Positions 1 to 13,397 are shown, counted from the stretch's first letter. The stretch is 64,000 bases of DNA from Lingula anatina (GCA_051362555.1 CM120646.1:9362001-9426000), one strand, 5' to 3'. A program made the numbers and translations. Notes: a model not told the origin generated them from the letters alone.

Positions 1-196
1 CACTGGGCTTTTGTTAGAGGTTAAATTTGAAATAGATCTTGTTTATTTGCCGTGTTTGATGCTGTAAAAGTGCTGTTTTTGTGAATAATTTTCAACTAAA
101 AATGCTTTGTATACCCGTTTTATATCCCTGAGTTTCACGTTTAAGAAAATCTATAGTTTTCAGAAAAATAAAGCACTATGTGACTGTCACTTTTAC

Positions 197-272
197 CGTA
201 GAGATGAGAACACAATGCCCTGAACATCCTTTCCTTCATCATCTTCCAAGTCATCTTCCTCATCTTCACCAG
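197..272 (-). CDS. UGGT1: UGGT exon 8 equivalent (AGEDEEDDLEDDEGKDVQGIVFSSLR)
   Basis: attacag acceptor and gtaaaa donor; phase fits the previous exon; matches DEVQGFLFGKLR. The gene would continue left of the window. Confidence 0.85.
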
Positions 273-859
273 CTGTAATTACAAACAAACACATCAGAAG
301 AGGACTTAACCATAAGTTCGCTTAAAGCTTCAAGTCATCTGCTAGTAAGCAGATAAAACTTTTTACAGAGATTCAAAACAACTAAAACATATATGTATGC
401 ATGAAACAGATAGAATGCAATTTCTTTGTGTTCGCAAAGGAACAAATAATAACATAATGTTGCAAATTTTACTAATTCACCTATTCACAAAACATCATTT
501 AATGTCATTTTAAATTCTATTTACATGCACACATTCTAAGGTCCTTCCTGCTCAATTACATTCTCTTTACATGTGATATTACTGTTTACTATAGAAATTC
601 ATATTTACTTGATAATGAGAAACAAAAATCAAAGCAATGAATATACTCAGTAGAAATATTAGTAGTATCAATCACTCAGTTTCTTTAACAGTTCATTTGA
701 TCTACATCTAAAACTAGATCTTGTCAATGGGTAGCCACCGCAAATCTTCTCACTTCCTCATATTCTTAAGAGTAGCTCACCCTCATGAACCCATGACATC
801 TATGATAGTGCCTGGGTTTTATATGTAAAATTATTGCAAATAAACTTGATGACAACAGA

Positions 860-1975
860 ATACAAGGCAACAAAGCTGTCAAATGTACAGACAAAAAGCA
901 GAAAATACACACGCAGAAAATATGTAATTTTGTCAATGTTGATGCAACAATAAATAATTATGGAATAACAGCACAGCCAATCAACACTGAATTTAAATCA
1001 TGCACAACAGGTAAATATGGTCGATAAGATAACAGTTTCAGGACCATGAGAGTTCAAATTCACATAATGAAAATCCCAATATGTGAAAAATGATGACAGG
1101 GCATAAAATACTTCTACATAATATTTGAAGACAAACACCAATACTATTACTTATGTAGAAATGCAGAAAATGTACAGAGCTTCAGGTGGATAGGAGTTAA
1201 AATCACATCTTGAAAATGCCAGTGTTTGAATAATAATAATAAATTAAAAAAGAAAAAAAAAATTCCAATAAAGCTGCTGTTCAAACTTTGTGAAACAGAA
1301 AGCAATCACGCTGATTTTCCAACACAAGCTGCGCTTCTGGCCTAAGAATCTATTTAGTAAGTTTGACTTGTAAATCGTATGGGAAAAAAAAAATGCATGC
1401 CACTTCCAGTGTTGAGCTCTATCTAATGCAAAAAAAAGAGGTCTCTAGCATTAACAGTTCCAGAATTAGAGAGAGTTTTCAGTTTCGGCATCTAATGGCA
1501 GCTGCTTCCGTGAACATGCACCGATTGACCCCAAACTCAAGGAGAAAGAGGACCCATGGAGAAAGAGGACCCAAGGAGAAAGAGGACCCTAATGATAACA
1601 CCTGCCAATAATATTATAGGTGAGGTTTGTGTTGTTTCTGAATATCGACACAAAAAAATTTTTTTTTTTTTTGTAAAAAATTCCTATTTTTAGAAAATTT
1701 TGGCCCGTTTCACCTTGAAATAAAGGTCAAATCGAAGGGCATATTTGAAATCTCCACATATAACTTTTGGCCAGCCATCTGTAGAAAATTTTCCTATAAT
1801 TCCTTCAGTTTAGGAGATATTGAGCATTTAATTTTGCAAACTTTGGACAAGGGTGCACTGTAATGAGTACCACACCTAGACCCCAGCACTGATGAAGCCC
1901 AAATTTTATGCGGATCGAGTTGAGATTAAAAGTGACCTAAATCCAAGGCCCTTGTAGTCTAGGAGGAGAAGCAGT
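860..1975 (-). mobile_element. Fragments of HINE-like families B (860-1290) and A (1390-1975)
   Basis: acaaggcaacaaagctgtcaaatgtacagacaaaa is the reverse of the family B 3' end; 1390-1975 aligns to 6950-7490. Confidence 0.65.
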
Positions 1976-3617
1976 GTTCCAGAAAAACAGCCGGACAGCC
2001 GGACAAATCTGGCACAAATTGAAAATGTCCGACTTGTGATGTCAACATATCAGTCACAATGTCTGTATTATCAAAAAGCAGAGCTTTTAAAATACTAAGT
2101 CCTGGCCCACTTGTCAGTGCTTTTTGCCACTGCATGACAAGCCCCAGCACAAAAAAGTAGGTCATGAATTCATACTTTTAAAATAACTTTTGCCCTAATG
2201 AGCATTTTTTAGCCTACCTGCGAAATTCTGGGGTTTCATGCATTGTTTGTACAACTTTTTATTAACTTAAAGCAAATGCATAGTCTACTGTAACTTACTT
2301 TATTGTTTTGATCCCAAATAGAATATCCATGCTTGGACTCTTAATCGGATTCTCCCAAATAACTCAAACGTATAGTAAAAAAAAAAAAAAAAAAATTACA
2401 CCGATATGTATTCCCCACCACTACACTTTTGGCCTACCACTGCTGAACCGATTAATACAAGCCACCGAGTTGAGGGGTGAACACATGTCGACAGTGCAGA
2501 TACAGTGGCGAAGATCTCTGTCTTCCTACCTGTAGTTGACCAAGGCAGATATTGTTTTGATTCCTGCTCAGCTGCCATAAAGTACAGTGATTAAAACGGT
2601 GTAAACTTATTTTTTTTAAAGCGACTGGTGGATTTTAAAAATAAATGTGAGATGATATAAATAGCTTTTTTTTTCAATCCAACATGCATATTGGATCATT
2701 GTGTTCATGTGTATTTATCATTTGATATTTTCAATTGGTAATTTATGTGATAAAAGTTTAATTTAAAATAAATTTTAAATATTTACATAGTGATTAAAAT
2801 TTAAGGTTAGTTATTATTAATAATAAATATGATATAATTAAAGCAACATCTGAGCACCATTACATGGCTTTCTCTTGCATTTTTTAAAATAAATAAGGAT
2901 TTTAAAAACATAAACAATTGTAGATAAGCATTTTGCATTTTCTTACTACCAGTATTTTGCGTGTACACATGGAAGAGTTTAATGTATGTATTACATAAAT
3001 ATCCAGTACAATTATTCACTTTTAGAAAATTTTTCAGGCAGTACAATTATTCTACCAAAATATTATTATGAAACTGAGTTTTCAGAAGATATTTTCAATT
3101 TGATTGATATTTTTCTGAATTCCAAAATTTTATATGTACAATGTAATTCTAAATCCAGAAAGATTTGACAATTAAAACAAGGTCTTGTTATAACTAGTAT
3201 GGATGTAATAGAGGTAAATGTCCAGTCTGCTGCTTTTTTTTTTTTTTTTTTTTTTGACCAGTAAATTTTTAGTCAGACCAGTAGATTTTAAGAAATTGGT
3301 GATTCGAATGGCCAGAAAACTGAAAAGTTTAAGTCACAGACTGTAACATGCTGAAAAATAAGGCCACTATTTCTCAGTGTGCCTGATGAAGGCACTATTT
3401 TGTGCTGCTGTTGTTATTGGACTTGTCTTTATAATTAAAACATGAAAATTGATATGCTTTTCAAATGTCTGACATGAACATTAGTTGAAATTGCAAGACA
3501 TAGAACAAAAGACTCGGCCGTGCTGTATGCGACATACAAGCACGTCATGTACGAGTGCGTTCCATGGTCTGTTGCATTACTAGTGTGGAAACCAATCAGA
3601 GGCCGTAGTTTAAGCCA

Positions 3618-3733
3618 GATACAACGCTCGTCGCCGAGCTGTACGTGAAAATTACTTGTGTATTGTCTCGCCTGCGGCTTGCCAATACACTCGTAATATT
3701 TCACGTAAAGCTCGGCGACTCGTATTGTATCTA
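3618..3733. repeat. Hairpin core of a small palindromic non-autonomous element
   Basis: gatacaa..gtcgccgagct..tacgtgaaa..gtgtattg [loop] caatacac..tttcacgta..agctcggcgac..ttgtatc. Confidence 0.6.
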
Positions 3734-3923
3734 TCACGTAATCGGTATCTAATATGTGATTGTTGAAAACCAGTTTGTCACACAAGTGCCGTAGGTTATT
3801 TTACGCTTTACTAGTAATAAACAATGCCCTGCAATATATACGATGCTACAACTTTTATTTTTCCTACATTGATATCAAGACAAAAGAGAGAAACTAATCT
3901 TTTACTTTATATTCAGGCCTAAT

Positions 3924-4620
3924 TCAGTCAATGTCTTTTTTTATTTTCTCCCCAATGTCATCGTTAATGTCAAACTTTATTTTAGTTTGACTGACCTGTC
4001 CGTAGACATCGCAATTAAAATACCATGCACTATCTATATGTTTATGTTGGCTGAGACTCTGTATAGGTTTTATATTCAAGTACGTAATGTTGTCAGCCAC
4101 ATGTACCCTTTTGACGGCCAGTTTGATTGCTTTTCTTTTTTTCATAATTTTTGTTTTCACTTTGGCATTTCTCGCCTTAATAATTATTGGTCTTGGTCTG
4201 CCCGCTTTTCCTGGGATTCTATATGTGGTGATGATTTCGCTCTCCTGCAGTTCGACATATGCGGCCCCTCTCAGTGTTTTTATCACTTTTTCTTTCACTT
4301 TCTCATGAGATTTACTCACTCCATAAACTTTAACATTGTTTTCTGGAGTGTTGTTCATTCCTATTTGAACAACAGCTTGTTTCCACGGCCATTTGTTTAT
4401 TGTCTTTTACTCTCTTCCCAAGTTCCTCGGCTCCCTTTCCCTCTCGGCCAGTTTTTCCCCAGCGCTTGATTGTCCATATTTACATCGTCCATTCTGTCTT
4501 TCATCTCGGTTATCATGCTGGTATGCCTTTCCTCTTTTTCCATAACATGCTCATTGAACTCTTTTTTTATTTCGTTCATAAAGTCAAGCAGTGATTGCTG
4601 GACTATCTGCCTGAGATGGT
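3924..4620 (-). mobile_element. Decayed non-LTR retrotransposon ORF1-like sequence
   Basis: A coiled-coil-like segment (4397..4579) followed by NNVKVYGV..YRIPGKAGRPRPIIIK..VHVADNIT..SAWYFN, the RRM/CTD pattern of LINE ORF1 (L1 transposase_22-like). Frame is broken and there is no ORF2. Confidence 0.75.
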
Positions 4621-4984
4621 CAGTTTTAACAGTGTTTCAATTCATTTTTTATCTCTTCTAATTCATTCTGTATCTCATTTTGTAGACTGAACGAATTCCC
4701 CTCTTCTCTGGTGCTTGATAATTGACTGTGAGATCTCTTGACACTTGGCAGCTAACAAGGTCTGTCTTTATCCTTTGCATTCAGCCTGGCTGAATTAAAG
4801 TATTGGCGATGTTATCCACTGTCTATACAATAGGTACTGTGACACTACCATTGTGTACCGTAGGCCTATACGAGTCTTCATCGTAAGTTTTACTGCATTT
4901 TCCCTGCCTATCCATACATTAAATTTGCTTGTTACAAGTCTACATTTTGGTTCGATCCTTCTAGAAAAGCTTTTAAGAAAATGG

Positions 4985-5375
4985 CCTGATCATGCTGATT
5001 TTCGACCTAGACCTGCCCATTATGAATATTCATCAGTTCTGTAAGTTTCAAGCCAAAAGGTAAAATGGCTTTCCACTTATCGTTTTATCGATGAAAGTGC
5101 ACAGCGACGATGAAGGTGACGATAGACACAGGTGATGGCTATATATACAGACACATCTGTGTCTGTACACATCTGTGTCTGTACATAAAAACAGCATAAC
5201 TTTTGAGAAAATGCCGATTTTCAGAATTGACCTATGTATTATGAATATTTATCAGTTCTGTAAGTTTCAAGCAAAAAGGTAAAATAGTTTTCCACTTATT
5301 GGTGAGAGTGCACGGTTACAACAGACGCAGGTGATGGCTATATGTATAGACACATCTGTGTCTGTACATAAAAAA
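4985..5375 (-). mobile_element. Two truncated family B 5' ends
   Basis: caggtgatggctata..tacagacacatctgtgtctgtacataaaa occurs twice, with parts of the 161-bp core. Another such end lies at ~13330-13385. Confidence 0.65.
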
Positions 5376-5737
5376 GTATCCATGAAAAAATGCTTAATGC
5401 AGTTCCCACACATACACTGGGGCATCTTCTTGATGATACTGGTAGGTCTATCAATACCAAAAGTTTGAACTTCCTCACCCTAATGATCTAGGAGGAGCTA
5501 GCTGAAGTTACAATGTAGAAATTTTGTCATTAAAGTAATTCTTCTCCAATATCTTCAATTCATTAATGTCCTGTTTGTCAATGAACGCGGATATAAATTG
5601 TTGCTTTAATCTGTACCCCAGCTGAGCAGTCCCCCTCCTCCCTTGGTGCAGACATTGTCAACATCTGCAACCTCCCTCCCTGAAGGTGACTTGACAGAAA
5701 TATAAGGTGTCACATGCATGTTTGTTTGACTCCTAAC

Positions 5738-5834
5738 CTTGCATTTTTGTATCGTCCTTTGCTTTGTATTCTGTGCTCTTTATTGCCAACTCCACACCAT
5801 ACCCAGCCAGTCTCACCTTCTCTTCAGATGGTTC
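5738..5834 (-). CDS. UGGT1: UGGT exon 7 equivalent (EPSEEKVRLAGYGVELAIKSTEYKAKDDTKMQ)
   Basis: Contains the diagnostic UGGT motif GYGVELAIKSTEYKAKDD; ttttag acceptor and gttagg donor. Confidence 0.95.
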
Positions 5835-6040
5835 CTAAAATTACACACTAATATCCTCAATGAGAAGTAAATAACTATTTGATTGTAATTTTCAGACATG
5901 CTCACAAAATTATACATGGATTCAAAATAACTGATGAAAATGAACTTCATAGGAATCTGCATTTGAAAAATGTGTCCAAAACATAATTTGCTGCATAAAA
6001 TTCTCAAGTTGACAACCAATGCACAATTTTAATATTAAAA

Positions 6041-7598
6041 CCAGAGGATCAGAGAGGCGATACCACCTCTGGGTATTGTACCACCATCTGGAGTAAGCAC
6101 ATTTGTATGGAAAACAAACAAAAAAAAAGGTGGCACCAACTCCAGTGTTGTGCTTGACAAGCTCTATAAAATGCAGTAAACAGTTTTTTGTTGAAAATCA
6201 CTATTTATAACTAAATCATGGGGAGAAGTAAAAGGTAAAATCCAAATTTGTGAAGTGCGATTAATGGTGATAAGTAGGTCAACGGTCAAATTCAAGGTCA
6301 CAGGAAGACTCAATATACAAGTTCCTGTTCAAGTTCAATAGTAACTATGGGCCAGTTTTGAAGATATAAGGGACAAAAAAATTGGCAAAGTTCAGTTCAT
6401 GGTGAAAAGAAGGTCAAGGATCAATTTTAAAGTCACTGTTAGATTGCAAGATACAGCTTCCTATTCAATTTCAATAGTAACCATAAGCCTTATCTCTGTT
6501 TTAGAGATGTAAGGGACTAAAATGTTGCAAAGTTTATTTCATGATGAAAGGTCAGAGGCCAATTTCAAGGTCACAGTAAGGCTGCCAGTATATGATTTCC
6601 TATTTAAGTTCAATAGTAATTATGGGCATATCTCTGCCAGTTTTGGAGATATAAAGGACTTATTTTGGGGTTACAGCAATTTGCCATAAAATCCTTACAG
6701 AAGAAATTAATTGAAATAACTAAAATATTGTTTTGGCCAAATTCATGAAATGGGAGGTGCTCAGAAATTCCAGATGTTCAAATTTCATGAAATTCTGTCA
6801 TTTTTGACAGTAGGTTGTCTGTCCCTGGCAAAGCCTTCTGTTATCTTTTCCTGGTGTTCTTTTATGGCATATTACCGTATTTCATATTTTATTTTCACCC
6901 CATTGTACTTTTAGATATAGCACAACTCGTAAACAGTATGGAAAAGAAAAAAATAACAAACACCACCTCCAGTGTTGTGCTTGACAAACTCTATAAGTTA
7001 CAAAAACAAGAGAGTTTTCAGTTTTGGCTTCTGATGGCCGATTCTCCAAAAAAAATGCACAGATTGACCCCAAACTCAAGAAGATGAACGATGACCCTAA
7101 GGGTAATACCTGCCCATAATATTATAGGTTAGGTCTGTGTAGTTTCTGAATATTGGCGCAAATAATTTTTTTCGTAAAAAAATAAATTCCCATTTTTAGA
7201 AAATTTTGGCCCGTTTGACCTTTAATTAAAGGTCAAAAGTTAAATCCAAGGGCATATCTGAAATCTCCAGAAATGACTTATGGTCAGCCATCTACATATA
7301 TTTTTCTCATAATTCCTTTGGTTTGAGAGATATTTAGCATTTAATTTTGGACAAGGGTGCATTGCAATGACCTCCACCCCTAACCTGTGCACTGACAAAG
7401 TCCAAAATTTAAGTGGAATGAGTTGAGATTATATATGACTCAAGTCCAAGAGATGGTTATGCAGGCTCTTGCAGTCTTGGAGGAGAAGCGGTAGTGATGA
7501 CATGGTGGCGGAGCCAGTGGATACAGTGGATGCAGCAGACGAGATGGGTTGGAACTAAAACCATGTGTACTGCCAGTGCCTATACTGGTGGTACAATA
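6041..7598 (-). mobile_element. HINE-like family A copy in UGGT intron
   Basis: Reverse-complement ends (agaggatcagagaggcgatacc..ttgtaccacc; ctggtggtacaataa) and the same core repeats as 39471-41250. Confidence 0.8.
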
Positions 7599-9043
7599 AT
7601 TTACTTTCACCCTTTTACATTAAGAAGTAACCTAAGCTTCAGAGTTCTTTTAAATGTTTCCAACAATAAAGGTATGCGAAAGAAACATGTTATACTTTTT
7701 TTATTAAATCAAAATAGCCAGTAGACTCGTACACAGCTTTCTAGTGTATGGACAGGTATGTACGTCTTCATAATATTACATGTGTATATGCCAGCTGTGG
7801 CGATATCACTTTATTTACTATCATGTGTACATGTACCAGTAGTATCAATTCATTATGATTTTTGTGTCTTGTTTAAAGGATGTCTTAAGAGATTTTTTAA
7901 ATAATAAAATGAAAAGATTCCCTGCGTTGCTTGACTCATACTGTACCTACTATGTATACAGGTAAAACTGACACGCAGATTGTTCATCGGTTAACTAATT
8001 AAATCATTTGGTACCTGATAAGGCATCAAGTGTTAATTGTTCAATTGTTTGGTAAGAGGGGCGGCCACAACTATGGTCTTTCCTCTGTAATTAAAACCTT
8101 CTAATTTTGTGTGTTAAATAGCTGAGACAGGAATTTTTGACTCCTTCCCAGATTATAATTACACTGTTTACTGTGTCTTACACTAGTATGTGTACAAAAT
8201 TTAAGACAGGTAAAAAATGTCAGACTTTTGGTCTGACAAGCGTGAAAATTCTGTCAAACTGAAACAAAACCGTCAGACCAAAACAAAATTATAGTAATAT
8301 TATTATTTGATTTATTAAAATGTTTTAATGCATATTTTTATTGTTTTCAATCAAATAAAATCATTCAAATAAAGTGTTTTCCATTTCAGTTTCTTTTTAT
8401 AACTTCATGTTTAAAGTCTTTTCTTTCTTTTTATTCTTCAATTTATTCTTCACATATTTAGGTGTTTTTTTTCACGCATTGTTTTCCCCTGAGTTCTATT
8501 TGTCGAGTCTTCGCTCGATCAGTTGATTAACTAAACTTTAATGGTTTTTATTTAAACACCGTTGATCTTCTCATATTATAGGTTTTCTTCCAGCCTTCGA
8601 AATGTTCGGCACAAACACGGTCTCCTGCTCTTGATCCAAACCTGCAAAATTTTCCTTTCTTTCTACCGATGTTGTCTACCCATATTTTTCATTTCAACGA
8701 GTTTGTTGGGAACTTATAAAAACCATGTGTCGATCTCTCTTACTGTTATTGTAGCAACGGGACACACAGCACGTAAACCCAGGCATGTTTTTCAGCACTG
8801 CTGTAAGTGTTTCCACATAGCATAGGACTCACTTTCCCACAATGCAATTTCCAACATGGAAAAGATGAAAAGGGTCAATATGCTGCATTATTTTACACAT
8901 TGTGAAGCTAAACAGGTGGATGAGGAAATAAAATACCTTATAAGGCTTACCCTCTTTTCAGACATAGTGTCTTGTCTATTTTGTTTTAAAATGGTTCATG
9001 CCACAACTTCACAACATCTTATTGTCTACCAATTTGCAAGTAC

Positions 9044-9156
9044 CTTTGAGTGCCACTGTTAATGAGTCGTTTCATTTCCTTGCTATCACACGTGACCTTG
9101 CCCTGGACGTCGACAAATGTATCACAATCACGGGGAGGGTTATTATCCTTGGCCAC
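9044..9156 (-). CDS. UGGT1: UGGT exon 5 (VAKDNNPPRDCDTFVDVQGKVTCDSKEMKRLINSGTQ)
   Basis: ttctgtgttcag acceptor and gtactt donor. Conserved PP..C..F..V.GK.TC pattern (vertebrate PPPEGCNSFFSVHGKKTC). Confidence 0.88.
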
Positions 9157-10015
9157 CTGAACACAGAAAATTCAATTAAAAAGTATACAGCAGTAAAGTT
9201 TATAAAATATGTATATACCTATACCTGGATCCTAAGAACAAAACCAACATAACCCTTTAACAGGATAAAAATTCTTCAAATGAGATTCCATTTTAAGGCA
9301 GTTTTACCACCAAAATGGCATGGATATAATATTTTTCATTTAATACTTTACAAAGCTGAGTTTTAAAGTTAACAATTTACTGCACACACAATTTAGTAAT
9401 AACTTGACCTTTTCAATAGGGAAAAAATTATCAAGACTTCAGATACATAATTTTGGAATCACCAGCATTTGTGGTAAATAGCATTATGTGTAGAAAAGAA
9501 TTAAAAGGTGGACTGCTTTTCAGTTCTGTTCCTACCAATGAATCGGAAGATTCAAATTTTAAGCAATACAGTAACTGTAAAACACAGTACCTGAAATTCC
9601 CCCCTTTGAAAAGATCAAGCTATAACAGTTATTCAACAACCAAGTTTATGGAAAACAAGTTATAAATTGGCTGAACAACCCTGTTAAAACTCATTGGTAG
9701 AACTGTGATGTAGGTTCAGAGAAATCCTTAATGTGGCAGTCTAACATTTTACATTCTGGGGGACTGGAGAACGCTTTAGGTTCTGGAGGGGGGGGGGGGG
9801 CATACCACACCCAGTAAATCACAAAAATAACTGGATGTTAGTTAATAAGTTTTAGTTTGACTGATAATGGATGTTAGATGTTTTAAAATTATGTTTGTTT
9901 GAAAGAAAATTCAGAAGCTCTTTCCTCAATTAGGCCTGGATGGATCTACAGGACAATATGTGCACATACTGCCATACCTGAACATATAAATGTTAAGACA
10001 TTTCTGTTTACTCAC

Positions 10016-10147
10016 CTGATTATGCATTTCTACAGCTGGTGAATAAGATCTTAATGATAATGAAAACTTGAGAAGGCCCAGTTGTAATTTGGAAGGAATA
10101 AGTTTTTCTGCTATGGACAGAATCATCTCATACACTTTTAGGTTCTT
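10016..10147 (-). CDS. UGGT1: UGGT exon 4 (..VYEMILSIAEKLIPSKLQLGLLKFSLSLRSYSPAVEMHNQ), apparent frameshift near its 5' end
   Basis: ttttcctttcag acceptor and gtgagt donor; the KFSLSLRSYS motif matches UGGT. Length 132 nt is incompatible with the phase-1 donor of exon 3 (reads KEPKSV*). Confidence 0.85.
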
Positions 10148-10922
10148 CTGAAAGGAAAAAACATGCTCATTAAATAATGCTCGTCATTTTTCAACCCCAT
10201 AGAGTCCGTCACCCCATACATGCGGTTCAGTTCACTCTTACCCCAAAGACCCAGAACCACGTATAGTATGCGTATCATGGAAATATTGTTTTGTTCCTTT
10301 TTGAACAGTAAATTTATGATCATTACGTTCCTTCAGATATGATTGTTGGCTCTTATTTGAGCTATCTTAGGGAATGTTAAAATGTATGAGAGGAGTCAGA
10401 AAAACATAATTTTATAGATGTTTCATAAACTAGTGGTAAAATGGGGCAGCTTCTCACCACTTCAAATATAATACTAAATTCCAGATAATTTAAAAACATA
10501 AAGAACGGTCTCGCTGAATTTTTCTGAGTACATTGGTAACTCACATCACTTCATTCTGTTGAATTCATGTACATCTGGACACCAAAATGACACTCACTCA
10601 ATGGACCTCAAGGACATCCATGTAGAATGCTAGATATCACTTTTCCCTGTACATCCATAAGTTCCATTTTTCATGTAATAATGAGAACAATTCCATTTAA
10701 TTTAACTTATTCCTGCACTGTTGCATACATTTTGACAGCAGTTATTCAATTTTAAGTAGATTATTCTCTGTCTAAAGGTTAGAATGGTTTAAAAAACCTT
10801 AAAGCACTCTCCTGTCAAAAGACAATAGGTTGGGCCATGCTTTATTTTGTGTAAAGTCACGGCATTAACGAATGCGTTCCACGCACCAGTGCACAGGGTT
10901 AATTAATCTTGCTTTAAGCCAG

Positions 10923-11032
10923 ATAAGGCACTCGGCGCTGAGCTTTACAAGAAATAGAGCAGATAATTGTCTTGGCTTCGCCTCGCCAATTATCTGCTCT
11001 ATTTCTCGTAAAGCTCAGCGCCTCGTACTTTA
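10923..11032. repeat. Hairpin core of a small palindromic non-autonomous element
   Basis: ggcgctgagctttacaagaaatagagcagataattg [loop] caattatctgctctatttctcgtaaagctcagcgcc. Confidence 0.65.
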
Positions 11033-11168
11033 CCTATACCATAAAAATAAAATTGCTCAGAGAATTACTTGCAGAATTGCAAAATTAGACTGATTTTCAA
11101 ATTCAAGCTGTATTTTTGTCCCATGTTTCTTTTCTGTAAGTTGAGAAGTGTTAATGACATGGTTTTCA

Positions 11169-11890
11169 CTAGAGGATCAGAAGGGTGTTACCGCCTCTGG
11201 AAATTGTACCACCTGCTGGAGTAAATTGGTTTTCCTTGAAATGTGTTATCAGTGTTGCATCAGTTTCTCTTGCTGACAAAAGAGAAAACCTAGGGACAAC
11301 ACTGGGCATATCTCTGCTAGTTTTGAAGATATGAGGGGCAAGAAAATATGCAAAGTTCAGTCGGTGGGGAAAAAGTAGGCCAAAGGTCAATTTCAAGGAC
11401 ACAGTATATGACTTCCTATACAAGTTCAATAGTAACAATGTGCATTTCTTTGCCAATTTTGGAGATATAAAGGTCAGAAAATATGCAAAGTTCAGTTCAT
11501 GGTGAAAAGTAGATCAAAAGTCAAATCCAAGAGCATATTTGGAATCTCCGCATATGACTTTCGGTCAGACTTCTGTAGTAATTTTTCCCATAATTCCTTT
11601 GGTTTGGGAGATATTTAGCATTGAATTTTCAAAAATTTTGTCAAGGGTGCATTTAAAAAAGCGTCACGCCCAGGCCAATGCACAGTCTGAGACAAAAAAC
11701 CCATGGGGTTTAAGTTGAGATTATATGTGACCTAAATCCAAGATATGGGGACACAGGTCCTTGTGGTCTAGGAGGAGAAGCGGTAACGGTGACTTGTTTC
11801 CGGTACCCGACTGCGGAGCCGGCAGAGCTGTACGAGACAGGTCTGGACTAAAACCACAAGTACAGCCAGCATACACACTGGTGGTACTAA
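11169..11890 (-). mobile_element. Short HINE-like family A copy
   Basis: ctagaggatcagaagggtgttaccgcctct ... ctggtggtactaa; internally deleted relative to 6041-7598. Confidence 0.75.
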
Positions 11891-12695
11891 TTAAATGGTC
11901 ACTATGGTGGCAGTGCCCAAAACAGGGTTTCCTTTAATTATTACATAATGCTTTAGAGCCACCAATTTTTAACTATGCACTGCAAGTAACATACATAGGA
12001 AAAAGATGTGATTAGCATAGGTCTTCAGGCCCATCAAAATTCAAGGTAAGTTTGAGAATCATAAGCAGCAAGTTTTCCTGAAATGGTCACCATAATGGCA
12101 TGTCCAAAATAGGTTTTCTTCAATATACATACAATAAAACATAATGCTTAACAGCATAATCATCACCTATCTTTAATTATGGTCTGATCTGATTTTCAAA
12201 CTCAACCTGTATTTCAGTAAGATTGATCACTCCTGTGAGTTTAAAACAAAAGGCCTCTCGGTTTTCCTTGACCAATCATGCCGATTTTAAAACCACATCT
12301 ACATTTTATGAATATGCATCAGTTCTGTAAGTTTTAAGCCAAAAGGTGAAACAGTTTTCCACTTATGGGGTTATCACTGAAAGTGGATTGGCAATGCTGC
12401 CAAAAATGCCCACGATGACGAATGCAGGTGACTTCTAACAGCATTCCAGTGACTGGGAATATCATGCAATGCAGATAGCAACTGCCGATTGATCACTGAT
12501 GAGGGTCACTCACTGATCCTTAAACTGAAGTATATTCTTGGCAATTCATAAAACAATCTTTTTAATAGCATGTAGTTCATTCAGTTAAACCAGTAGAAAC
12601 CACTGCGTTCATTCAGTTAAACCAGTAGAAACCACTGCGTATAAAAGATGACATGCAAAATGAAATCATATCATTCAGAAAAACTGTATACTTAC

Positions 12696-12781
12696 TATCT
12701 TGCATGTCAGCAGTGTTGGCCTCTGCCACAGTATCCACAAAAGCCCAGAACATGGCATTACTCTCTTTGGCCAGAAACTCG
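12696..12781 (-). CDS. UGGT1: UGGT exon 3 (SEFLAKESNAMFWAFVDTVAEANTADMQD)
   Basis: catttcag acceptor and gtaagt donor; phase 2 in (fits exon 2), phase 1 out. Matches vertebrate SEFLAEDSQEKFWNFVE. Confidence 0.9.
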
Positions 12782-12869
12782 CTGAAATGATATAGTCATT
12801 TTCATTTAGCTTATGCAGGTTGTGAAAATTTAGTAGATAATAAAAGCCTCATGTTCAGATTTTAATTGT

Positions 12870-12871
<2 letters not shown>

Positions 12872-12925
<54 letters not shown>
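12872..12925. repeat. (TA)n microsatellite
   Basis: Direct reading. Confidence 0.95.
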
Positions 12926-12929
<4 letters not shown>

Positions 12930-13397
12930 AAACTAAGTCAACCCAAAACCTTCAGACTATCACCCCATTTCCATAGATTAGATCGACCTACTTTAGATCG
13001 ACCTAACTCCCTGGCGGACACGAAAATTAATTACCCCCTTAAAGCTTGCAGTAGGCGGGACGGACATTTAAGTCGGATTATCTGAAAGTAATCTAGTGAG
13101 ACTCCCCGCGGGGATAGATCGATCTAAAATCTATGGGAACAGAGCCTATCTTTCACTATGAGCTAATTCTAAGTGACTGTCTTTGCTTATAAGACCTCAG
13201 GCACATGCTCACAGGACCCATACCAAAATAAGATCATCTCTTTAAGGCCCCACTATGCTATGCAGTTCTCAAGGGCCAATTTTCCATATTCCTTAAAACT
13301 TACATAAAAAAAAAGTTATTGAGACAACAGCGACGACAGACGCAGGTGACGGCTATATGTACAGACACATTGTGTCTGTACACAAAAAAAAAAATTA

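Noticed and set aside
8013-8084. Short AG..GT-bounded segment as an alternative UGGT exon
   Set aside because: The frame required by exon 5 contains a stop and there is no UGGT similarity.
8945-8980. RHYV followed by a gtaag donor as the end of the missing exon 6
   Set aside because: An in-frame stop follows RHYV, and the site is under 100 nt from exon 5, leaving no room for an intron plus exon.
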